This document shows positions 1-6,301 of a stretch of DNA of 12,495 nt, piece after piece (position 1 is the first letter of the stretch; each line of letters begins with the position of its first letter). The notes below the pieces were generated by a model. It saw nothing but the letters and a program-made list of their open reading frames with translations, was not told where the DNA came from and ran no database searches. The translations under genes were made by a program, and so were the position numbers. Source of the stretch: a virus (taxonomy: Duplodnaviria > Heunggongvirae > Uroviricota > Caudoviricetes); IMG/VR virus record IMGVR_UViG_3300033495_000700; one strand, given 5' to 3'.

Positions 1-83
1 ACTGTGGTCAGTGTGCCGGCTATTAGAATGAAGTTGACGATCCATGAAATGAATGCGTCAGGAAGAAAGTGCAGAATCCACAT
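1..83 (-). CDS. N-terminus of a membrane protein (partial, runs off the left edge); possibly spanin-like
   Basis: Manual translation from ATG at 83: MWILHFLPDAFISWIVNFILIAGTLTT, hydrophobic and open to the window edge. A TAAATA motif lies 5 nt upstream. The spanin role is a guess. Confidence 0.7.
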   Translation of the reverse strand, partial: MWILHFLPDAFISWIVNFILIAGTLTT

Positions 84-88
84 GCAGA

Positions 89-94
89 TATTTA
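89..94 (-). promoter_or_regulatory. T4-type late promoter core TAAATA
   Basis: Minus strand gaTAAATAtctgcATG. Matches the core of the T4 late consensus TATAAATA and sits inside an 8-bp inverted repeat (83-100). Confidence 0.6.
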
Positions 95-107
95 TCTGCA
101 AATGGTA

Positions 108-965
108 TTATAATCCCATGCTTTTTCTTATGTTTGTGGCAGAGATAGCATGTATTTCGTCTGTAAACGTTTCCTGAGAGATCTTGTAACCCACATCTCT
201 GCCATACACTATTTCAGTAATATTGGGAACTAGCATTATTTCATATTGTCCTTGATAGATAGGATCTAAGTCACGCTTGATAAATTTTTTAACTTTGTCA
301 AACTCAAACGGATTACTTTTGTTCCATCCTTGACAATCACGCACCTGGATAATCACTTGACCTGATTTAGTAATTGCCCGCTCAAACAACGCACGATGTC
401 CTTCATGCCACGGTTGATATCTACCAAGTAACAAGGCCGTTTCTTTCTTGAAATCAAACACAGGTCTACGGCGATTGTCTAGTATGTGTTGCCCAATGAA
501 TTCCGCCCATTTTTCAGCGTTTTGCTCTGTGATTCTGAAGTCATACACATCCGGAGACACAAAGGCTCGGTTGGTATCATCATATCTACCAGCATCGATT
601 GTGTCCATCCAGATGGTCCAATCTGCTTTGAAATTGTTTCTCATTTCTGGCAATGGTGCAACAAAATCACACATAACAAAGTCGCCTGTACACTTGGCCG
701 CAAACTCAAACATTCTCAAACTTTGTCGTATACGCCCATCTCTACTGAAATCCCAATCGTTAAAACGTTTGCGAATTTCATCAGCATTGAACCAATCTAC
801 TGTTACATTAAATGTTGTGCTGTCAGGAATACCTTCGTAATGTAAAATTTTACCAGGAGATATTTTCATAATATCCCCATGGGTTTCAAGATATCTTTTT
901 AATCTCTCAGCAAGGTATGTTTTGCCTGCGCCAGGAAGACCCATTATCAATATTTTTTGTGTCAT
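108..965 (-). CDS. Fusion of an adenylylsulfate-kinase-like P-loop domain and a HxGH nucleotidyltransferase domain
   Basis: Walker A GLPGAGKT, then WFNADEIR and DWDFSRDGRIRQ (CysC-like). C-terminal LLGRYQPWHEGH is a HIGH-superfamily signature (HEGH at 396-407). Start set at the MTQK ATG (965) rather than 986. Confidence 0.8.
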   Translation of the reverse strand: MTQKILIMGLPGAGKTYLAERLKRYLETHGDIMKISPGKILHYEGIPDSTTFNVTVDWFNADEIRKRFNDWDFSRDGRIRQSLRMFEFAAKCTGDFVMCDFVAPLPEMRNNFKADWTIWMDTIDAGRYDDTNRAFVSPDVYDFRITEQNAEKWAEFIGQHILDNRRRPVFDFKKETALLLGRYQPWHEGHRALFERAITKSGQVIIQVRDCQGWNKSNPFEFDKVKKFIKRDLDPIYQGQYEIMLVPNITEIVYGRDVGYKISQETFTDEIHAISATNIRKSMGL

Positions 966-1016
966 ATGTGTTTCTTTGATGAACAACTTGCAAGATCATT
1001 TGCAATGTTGTTGAAA

Positions 1017-1022
1017 TATTTA
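1017..1022 (-). promoter_or_regulatory. T4-type late promoter core TAAATA
   Basis: Intergenic agTAAATAtttc, about 50 nt upstream of ATG 965. Confidence 0.5.
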
Positions 1023-1035
1023 CTGTTGATGTGGG

Positions 1036-1057
1036 TCTACAGACTTATTTCTGTAGA
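1036..1057. terminator. Intergenic hairpin (8-bp stem, 6-nt loop), possible terminator or RNA processing site
   Basis: tctacaga-cttatt-tctgtaga, downstream of the 1103 gene stop. The T run follows it only on the plus strand. Confidence 0.35.
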
Positions 1058-1102
1058 TTTTGGACGGTGGTAATCAGTTTGTCATGCAACTGATAGATTG
1101 TG

Positions 1103-1681
1103 TTATAGTATACCTGCAGCGGCTTGCATGGCCTGTAGATCTTTGCTGACCTTGGTGTAGATAGGCTTTACATCCAGTCCGGCAGCAATACGCATCTCGT
1201 TGAGATCGCCTTCCATGCGTTCTCTATACTCGTTGGGTGTGAGTGGAACAAGTTTGGCAAATGTTTCAGGATTCCATTCGTGCTTTTTTTTCTTGTACAC
1301 CATGATCCAATCGTCCGGCTGGTATTCTGTGAGGGTATTAAGGTCGTTGAGAATTTCTTGAATTTGCCCAGGTGCAGCATTACGACGGCGCATTTCCAAG
1401 TACACTAGATAACGATTGGGTTTGATTTCTCCGGGGCTTTGATCAGCGTCAAGCACAAAATCATAGCCTTTTTCAAACCAATTCATAAGATCTTTGGCAG
1501 CTTGTTTGTCGCGAACAAAAAAGCTCACCACAATCACATCAGCATCTTCGCCCATTTTGGAACTGAATTCGTCGATATGCACAGTGGGCTTCATCATGCC
1601 CTCCATGTCTTTGTAGCCTAAGCCTTCGTTAAGCGGCTGGTGGAGCTGCTGCGGGTTGTTGAAGTTGTTGTTGTGCTGCAT
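1103..1681 (-). CDS. Conserved phage hypothetical protein
   Basis: Long ORF with LNEGL...VHIDEFSSKMGEDADVIVVSF. Start is uncertain; ATG 1681 (MQHNNN) chosen so that LNEGL is included, which overlaps the upstream gene by 53 nt. Confidence 0.7.
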   Translation of the reverse strand: MQHNNNFNNPQQLHQPLNEGLGYKDMEGMMKPTVHIDEFSSKMGEDADVIVVSFFVRDKQAAKDLMNWFEKGYDFVLDADQSPGEIKPNRYLVYLEMRRRNAAPGQIQEILNDLNTLTEYQPDDWIMVYKKKKHEWNPETFAKLVPLTPNEYRERMEGDLNEMRIAAGLDVKPIYTKVSKDLQAMQAAAGIL

Positions 1682-2213
1682 TTGCTTTCTCTTCATCTTT
1701 GTATTGATCTTTATCGAGGTCTTCTGCGTAAGCATCGTCGAGATCTTGTAAATCTATTTCTTCACCTTCCAAGTCAATACTACCTGTGCGTATGTCTGCA
1801 ATGAGATTCTTGGGCATGACGATTTCAACCAACCATACTTTTTTGGTTATCAATCTAGCAATATGTGTACCAGCTTGGTAGTCACTGGGTTGTGTGACTT
1901 TGATGGGGATCTTCATGTCCACTTTTTTAAATTTTACTTCGCAATCAAATGGTAGCAGTCTGCGTCCACCACGTGGGTCTGGCATGAGATTCTCTGGCCA
2001 CATGAATATGCAACCTATTTTGTATTTGCCAATGTCAGGACCTTGCACTAGTTCGCCGCGATCCCAGTTACGAAATGCATAGATATCCAGTTCATCAAGA
2101 ACTCGTTCAAAATCCAACAGCGTGAGCAAACTGCCTTCACTGAGGTAGATATCACGGATGTTTTCGGCCACATTCCAGTAGTCTGTGTGATCTTTAAAGA
2201 TGTTTTCGTCCAT
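1629..2213 (-). CDS. Conserved phage hypothetical protein (LLDFERVLDE motif), acidic and Q/A/P-rich tail
   Basis: 194-aa ORF with protein-like composition. TAAATA lies 5 nt upstream of the ATG. Confidence 0.8.
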   Translation of the reverse strand: MDENIFKDHTDYWNVAENIRDIYLSEGSLLTLLDFERVLDELDIYAFRNWDRGELVQGPDIGKYKIGCIFMWPENLMPDPRGGRRLLPFDCEVKFKKVDMKIPIKVTQPSDYQAGTHIARLITKKVWLVEIVMPKNLIADIRTGSIDLEGEEIDLQDLDDAYAEDLDKDQYKDEEKANAAQQQLQQPAAAPPAA

Positions 2214-2218
2214 ACAGA

Positions 2219-2224
2219 TATTTA
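2219..2224 (-). promoter_or_regulatory. T4-type late promoter core TAAATA
   Basis: caTAAATAtctgtATG, the same context as the motif at 89-94. Confidence 0.6.
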
Positions 2225-2241
2225 TGGCAGGAGACTAGAAC

Positions 2242-2268
2242 CTGTGCGCTTTGTTTTTTACCGCACAG
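2242..2268. repeat. 7-bp inverted repeat in the divergent intergenic region
   Basis: ctgtgcg (2242-2248) ... cgcacag (2262-2268), 13-nt spacer. Confidence 0.4.
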
Positions 2269-2329
2269 AGAAATACTTATGACACAAATTGCTGAAATCT
2301 ATGTACCGAGATCTCACACTACAAACACC

Positions 2330-2335
2330 TAAATA
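2330..2335 (+). promoter_or_regulatory. T4-type late promoter core TAAATA upstream of phoH
   Basis: ccTAAATAttcg, about 45 nt before the TTG start; AGGAG Shine-Dalgarno site follows. Confidence 0.5.
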
Positions 2336-2379
2336 TTCGTGCTAAAACACAATTAGCAAACACTTTAGGAGAACCACAC

Positions 2380-3123
2380 TTGAGTAGACAACGCGGGGCC
2401 AAAGCCCAAATCCAAAAACGCATCACACCACATATGGTAGAAAACACAATTCCATTCAATCCAGAACCCAGGCAACGACAACGACCAATAGAACTCATAC
2501 CAAAATCACGCAATCAAGAAAATCTCATATTAAATCTACTCAACTCAGAACAATCAATTGTAGTAGCAGTTGGCCCAGCAGGTACTGGTAAAACTTACCT
2601 GGCCATGTTGGCCGCTGTAAAAGCATTTAGAACAGGCGAATGTAAACGTATCATCCTAACACGACCGGCCATTGGCGTAGAAGACGAACAGCACGGGTTC
2701 TTACCCGGGAATCTCGTTGCCAAGATGGAACCGTGGACTCGTCCCTTGCTGGATGTATTGCGTGAATACTATCGCCCACCAGAAATTGCAGCTATGATTG
2801 ACGAAGGCACTATAGAAATATCACCCTTGGCCTACATGCGTGGACGAACATTCAAACATGCATGGATCATTGCAGACGAGATGCAGAATGCCACGCCATC
2901 ACAGATGAAAATGTTGTTGAGTCGCATAGGCACTGAATCACGTATTGTGGTCACTGGGGATGTAGAACAAGCTGATCGCGCACGAGGCGAAAATGGTCTG
3001 TTAGATCTTTGTTCACGGTTAGAGCATTATCCAGTCAAAGGAATGGCTGTTTGCAGGCTAACCGGGCGAGACATACAACGCCACCCAATTATAGGGAGTG
3101 TACTTGCACTATACGACAAATAA
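2380..3123 (+). CDS. phoH: PhoH-like ATPase
   Basis: IPKSRNQ Q-motif, Walker A GPAGTGKT, LTRPAIG, GFLPG, PLAYMRGRTF, Walker B ADEMQN, TGDVEQADR, RHPII. TTG start preceded by AGGAG. Confidence 0.95.
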   Translation: MSRQRGAKAQIQKRITPHMVENTIPFNPEPRQRQRPIELIPKSRNQENLILNLLNSEQSIVVAVGPAGTGKTYLAMLAAVKAFRTGECKRIILTRPAIGVEDEQHGFLPGNLVAKMEPWTRPLLDVLREYYRPPEIAAMIDEGTIEISPLAYMRGRTFKHAWIIADEMQNATPSQMKMLLSRIGTESRIVVTGDVEQADRARGENGLLDLCSRLEHYPVKGMAVCRLTGRDIQRHPIIGSVLALYDK

Positions 3124-3129
3124 CTGATC

Positions 3130-3160
3130 CACAGTAATGGGCCCAGTGCCCATTACTGTG
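3130..3160. terminator. Perfect 13-bp hairpin between convergent genes, likely bidirectional terminator
   Basis: cacagtaatgggc-ccagt-gcccattactgtg. The right arm contains the TAA stop of the minus-strand gene. No U-tract. Confidence 0.55.
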
Positions 3161-3437
3161 TGACTGCTGGTTGTGCTTTCACACGCTCGTATCCGTTTTC
3201 TGCAAACAGTCGGTCAATGATGTTTTCATAATGCTGAATGTAGTATTCCACGATTTTGTTAAAGTCCTTGGGCACGGTTACCCCATTCATGTGAGCTTTG
3301 ACCACTTGAAGTTTTTTGAAATCTAAAATCACGTTGCAGGTTTGGAGATCTCTGGTTTTGAGATTTCGAGATACCGCAGTGGTTTCGTCAATTTTACCAT
3401 CAGATTTTTGCAAAAAGGTGATTAGAAAATATCTCAC
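3153..3437 (-). CDS. Hypothetical protein
   Basis: 94-aa ORF, GTG start, fills the space between the clamp loader and phoH. Confidence 0.7.
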   Translation of the reverse strand: MRYFLITFLQKSDGKIDETTAVSRNLKTRDLQTCNVILDFKKLQVVKAHMNGVTVPKDFNKIVEYYIQHYENIIDRLFAENGYERVKAQPAVTQ

Positions 3438-3482
3438 TTGTTTTCTTTCAGGTAAATTTTAATTGATTCAGGATATGTTGCC

Positions 3483-4187
3483 TTACTTACCAATTTGGCA
3501 CAATTCAATTATACAGGCCGAAAGATTGATTTCTTGATCTGCAACTAATGGAACATTGACCAATGCATTACGAATAATAATAATTGCTTGATCTTGCCCC
3601 TCGGGTGTGGCATTCCAAATAGATAAATTATCATACATCCAGCGGAATATTTCTTCTGCTTCCTCGGGATTTGAACTCTGACAAAGCAAGGTACGTGCTT
3701 CACGTACTTTTCCTTTTTTAAACAAGTCTACACAATCTAGTTTCCAATCACCAACTGACTTATCACTAACACCTGGCGGTTTAAGAGTACCCGATTGTGA
3801 GTTTAGTTGCACCAGATTCAAACACTTTCGTAGGTCTGGGTAGGTAGCAGATATATACAAATCCAGCACATCTAGATCAAATTCTACCCCTTCTGTGACC
3901 AAGACGGTGGCTACACGGGCTGTGAATTCTGTGTGGTCAGTCTTGGTAATATGGAAACCTTGACAACGACTGTGCAAGGGTGCAATGATTTTGTGTGGAT
4001 AGTTACAAGTCATGATGAATCGCACTGTGCCGGAATAATCTTCCATCAAGTTGCGAAGTGCAGGTTGAACTGAGTTACAGTTATGCGCAACCACTCCATT
4101 TGCCAAAACAAAGTTTTTGTTTTTTCCGGAAGTTACAACGTCGTATACCGGTTTAATGCCAAGCGATTTAATTGATTTAATCTTCAT
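3483..4187 (-). CDS. Clamp loader (gp44/RFC small-subunit-like) C-terminal part, preceded by split-intein C-fragment
   Basis: First 36 aa end in VVAHN, followed by C+1. Then QPALRNLME, RFIMTCNYPHKII, LHSRC (SRC arginine finger), YPDLRKCLN (sensor 2) and a C-terminal collar DQEINL. Confidence 0.92.
   Translation of the reverse strand: MKIKSIKSLGIKPVYDVVTSGKNKNFVLANGVVAHNCNSVQPALRNLMEDYSGTVRFIMTCNYPHKIIAPLHSRCQGFHITKTDHTEFTARVATVLVTEGVEFDLDVLDLYISATYPDLRKCLNLVQLNSQSGTLKPPGVSDKSVGDWKLDCVDLFKKGKVREARTLLCQSSNPEEAEEIFRWMYDNLSIWNATPEGQDQAIIIIRNALVNVPLVADQEINLSACIIELCQIGK
4080..4187 (-). mobile_element. Split intein C-fragment (IntC, 36 aa)
   Basis: MKIKSIKSLGIKPVYDVVTSGKNKNFVLANGVVAHN|C contains block F (VYD...NF) and block G (NG...HN plus Cys nucleophile). 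It closely resembles the layout of cyanobacterial DnaE IntC. Confidence 0.93.
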
Positions 4188-4355
4188 TTATCTTTCCATT
4201 TGTCGTTAGTTAAGTGATTTGAAATCTTTTTATTGCGAGAGGTAAGTTTATTACCTTTAATCCATCCTTCGGGCACATCTTTTGTATCAAACACAGCTAT
4301 GAGTTGCACATAGTCCGGTGACTTTATTTTTGGTCAGATAAGTGAATGCTTTCAT
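4184..4355 (-). pseudogene. Internally deleted homing endonuclease remnant
   Basis: ATG 4355 gives MKAFTYLTKNKVTGL (GIY-YIG-like start), stopping at 4287. The +1 frame gives ...VQLIAVFDTKDVPEGWIKGNKLTSRNKKISNHLTNDKWKDK*, whose TGA overlaps the IntC ATG. Confidence 0.6.
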
Positions 4356-4674
4356 TGTGGCCTTTATTAACGAAGTTGATTATATCAATATTATCTATGT
4401 TATATAACTCATTTCCGTCAATTAGTGCTTCTTGCCCATTGCTGTCAAAGAATGGATGATCTTTAGTACACACTATAGTGGTGCCATCTTCAAACTCAAT
4501 CTCGAATAATTCGGCTTCGCCAGTCATTATAATATTAGCAGAGGTAGTTTCTACCTCTTTAGTTGCAAAATTATACGCCAATACATCAAAGTCTTTGTCT
4601 TGTAATTCGGCAATAGTCTTAACTTCTATAGTACCACCGTTTACGGTAAAGATCTCTTGGACTTTACCGAAGCA
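4324..4674 (-). mobile_element. Split intein N-fragment (IntN, 116 aa)
   Basis: Starts with Cys1 (CFGKVQEIFT, block A) right after DEADYMN. Block B is IEFEDGTTIVCTKDHPFF (TxxH). No endonuclease domain; ends at TAA 4324. Confidence 0.92.
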
Positions 4675-5010
4675 GTTCATGTAGTCAGCTTCATCAATCA
4701 AGACCACCTTGAATCGGCCAAAAGGCATGGTTTGACAAAAACTGATCAGTTTGTCCACCCATTCAATCTTACGACCTTCTTTGGATCCATTTACATACAT
4801 CACATCGTACTGATCTATTCCCAGTTCGTTGATCAAGAGCTTGGCCAATGTGGTCTTGCCTGTGCCAGCTGCACCACTCAGTAATAGATGTGGAATTGTA
4901 CCGTCTCGGATCCATGATTGCACTTGTTCTCGTTGAGAATCATCCACAAACACATATCCGTCTACTGTAGTGGGCCTAAATTTCTCTACCCAAAGTTTGG
5001 CAATTGCCAT
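4324..5010 (-). CDS. Clamp loader (gp44/RFC small-subunit-like) N-terminal part (112 aa) fused to split-intein N-fragment
   Basis: LWVEKFRP (RFC box II), IPHLLLSGAAGTGKTT (Walker A), VNGS, KVVLIDEAD (Walker B). AAGGA Shine-Dalgarno site upstream. Confidence 0.93.
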   Translation of the reverse strand: MAIAKLWVEKFRPTTVDGYVFVDDSQREQVQSWIRDGTIPHLLLSGAAGTGKTTLAKLLINELGIDQYDVMYVNGSKEGRKIEWVDKLISFCQTMPFGRFKVVLIDEADYMNCFGKVQEIFTVNGGTIEVKTIAELQDKDFDVLAYNFATKEVETTSANIIMTGEAELFEIEFEDGTTIVCTKDHPFFDSNGQEALIDGNELYNIDNIDIINFVNKGHNESIHLSDQK

Positions 5011-5783
5011 ATAATTTCTTCCTTGTTTAACACTAATACTACATTATAACCTTGTTGCATACTTGATGTCAACTTTGCTTTGTTCTTTTCTTCTAAGATT
5101 AAATCTTTGCCATGTTTATTCCAGGTCCATAAAGATTTGATTTCGTATATTGTATTGTTGATGATAAAATCGCTTATGTATAATCGTTTTATAGCATTTG
5201 TGGGATCAATATACCATAGAGCTGGCCCACGCTTTACATTTAATTTGACCCATTCTATTCCATGTGTTGTTTCTAAATTTTCCAGGAAGCAATATTCAAA
5301 ACTTCCCTGGTAATTTATAGATGTGTCCTTATAGAGTATCAACGGATTCCGTTGATTATTTTGATGAGGATTATTTTTCCAATGCTCCTGCATCTTTGTT
5401 CTTATCACTGCATAAGTGCCATTTGCTTCCATAGTAGCAAGTGCTTTTGCTCTTGACGATTTTGTGATGCCTAGATCTGTTCGAGTTTGTAATGATTTAG
5501 CAGCACGTTCTTTGTGATCTTGTCGATTAGAAAATTCACTACGCTTACCCGTACATGAATTATGACTAGTAGAGCAGCAAATTTTACCATTGGAAAACTT
5601 GTATTTTGCCGTTTGATTGCACCCATACCCACAAAGCTCAGAAGTTGTTATTTCTTCTGCTTTTGGTTTTTTGTAGATGTCCCTGGGCCTATTTTTAAGT
5701 TTTTCTACAGTTACGACTGAATGCTTTTTACCCTTAAATGCCAACCCTGTTGAATTTTTAATTCCTTTGTTCCATCCGCCCAT
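4986..5783 (-). CDS. Free-standing homing-endonuclease-like protein (NUMOD3-like motif, Cys cluster, C-terminal PD-(D/E)XK nuclease)
   Basis: WNKG and FKGKKHSVVTVEKL (NUMOD3-like), CGYGC...CCSTSHNSC, and YQGSFE...YISDF...IYEIKS...KNKAK. ATG 5783 has AGGAG 6 nt upstream. The gene is AT-rich. Confidence 0.72.
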   Translation of the reverse strand: MGGWNKGIKNSTGLAFKGKKHSVVTVEKLKNRPRDIYKKPKAEEITTSELCGYGCNQTAKYKFSNGKICCSTSHNSCTGKRSEFSNRQDHKERAAKSLQTRTDLGITKSSRAKALATMEANGTYAVIRTKMQEHWKNNPHQNNQRNPLILYKDTSINYQGSFEYCFLENLETTHGIEWVKLNVKRGPALWYIDPTNAIKRLYISDFIINNTIYEIKSLWTWNKHGKDLILEEKNKAKLTSSMQQGYNVVLVLNKEEIIWQLPNFG

Positions 5784-5800
5784 AAACACTCCTGTTGAAG

Positions 5801-5806
5801 TATTTA
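5801..5806 (-). promoter_or_regulatory. T4-type late promoter core TAAATA for the endonuclease gene
   Basis: gcaTAAATActtcaacAGGAGtgtttATG. Confidence 0.6.
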
Positions 5807-5837
5807 TGCATTGACCTACTCTCTACCCATAATTTTT

Positions 5838-6116
5838 TCATTTGTATCTACTTCCTGATTGGCCTGGTTGATTTGAATTGTCACAGGCTAAGTTATGATC
5901 AGTTGCCTTTGGACAACGTTTGTTACCACAGCTGGAACACACAATAAATGTGCTCATGGTCAGTGGCCATCCGCTATCATCAGCAATCTTGCTCATACAA
6001 TTATAACACCCGCACTGAACGTTTGCAACCGTGTTTTTAAAGATACCATCAAAGGTGTCACTGAATGTTTCCGGGCTCACACTAAGTGGGCGTGGCTCAC
6101 TACCATTGTTCATCAT
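5838..6116 (-). CDS. Small Cys/His-rich, probably zinc-binding protein
   Basis: CGCYNC...CSSCGNKRCPKATDHNLAC..SNQPGQ. ATGA overlap with the upstream ORF. Confidence 0.75.
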   Translation of the reverse strand: MMNNGSEPRPLSVSPETFSDTFDGIFKNTVANVQCGCYNCMSKIADDSGWPLTMSTFIVCSSCGNKRCPKATDHNLACDNSNQPGQSGSRYK

Positions 6117-6301
6117 GTGCGCCCAAGTGGAACGTTTTTGCCAAGCTGGCGTTCGTGCGAAGATTGCTGTTGCAATTCAGCAGGCAGTGGTGGTGGAACA
6201 TAACGTTCTTTTGGTGGTTTCTTGCCAAAGATTGATTGGTGTCGATTGGCCAATTCTTCTTGATCCACTGTGGATTTTCTTGGTCTTGATCCTCTACTCA
6301 C
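6113..6301 (-). CDS. Small hypothetical protein (GSRPR...IFGKK)
   Basis: 62 aa, with ATGA overlaps at both ends. Confidence 0.65.
   Translation of the reverse strand: MSRGSRPRKSTVDQEELANRHQSIFGKKPPKERYVPPPLPAELQQQSSHERQLGKNVPLGRT

Noticed and set aside
448-845. Plus-strand ORFs 448-840 and 486-845, and other antisense or nested ORFs (1168-1380, 1439-1621, 1894-2082, 2319-2513, 4478-4684, 4657-4884, 5080-5313, 5895-6203, 6031-6345, 7022-7324, 7102-7329, 7191-7379, 7566-7757, 8116-8364, 8385-8573, 8690-8950, 9171-9368, 9270-9554, 10248-10433)
   Set aside because: All overlap well-supported genes, show no recognisable motifs and lack convincing initiation signals; treated as shadow ORFs.
4188-4323. 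Gap read as a group I intron or a simple frameshift error in one contiguous intein
   Set aside because: It is too short for a group I core and shows no obvious pairing elements. IntN ends in a clean TAA and IntC has its own ATG with typical split-intein length and charge.
5811-5833. Plus-strand TTGACC...CATAAT resembling a sigma70 promoter
   Set aside because: The spacer is only 11 nt and no plus-strand gene follows.
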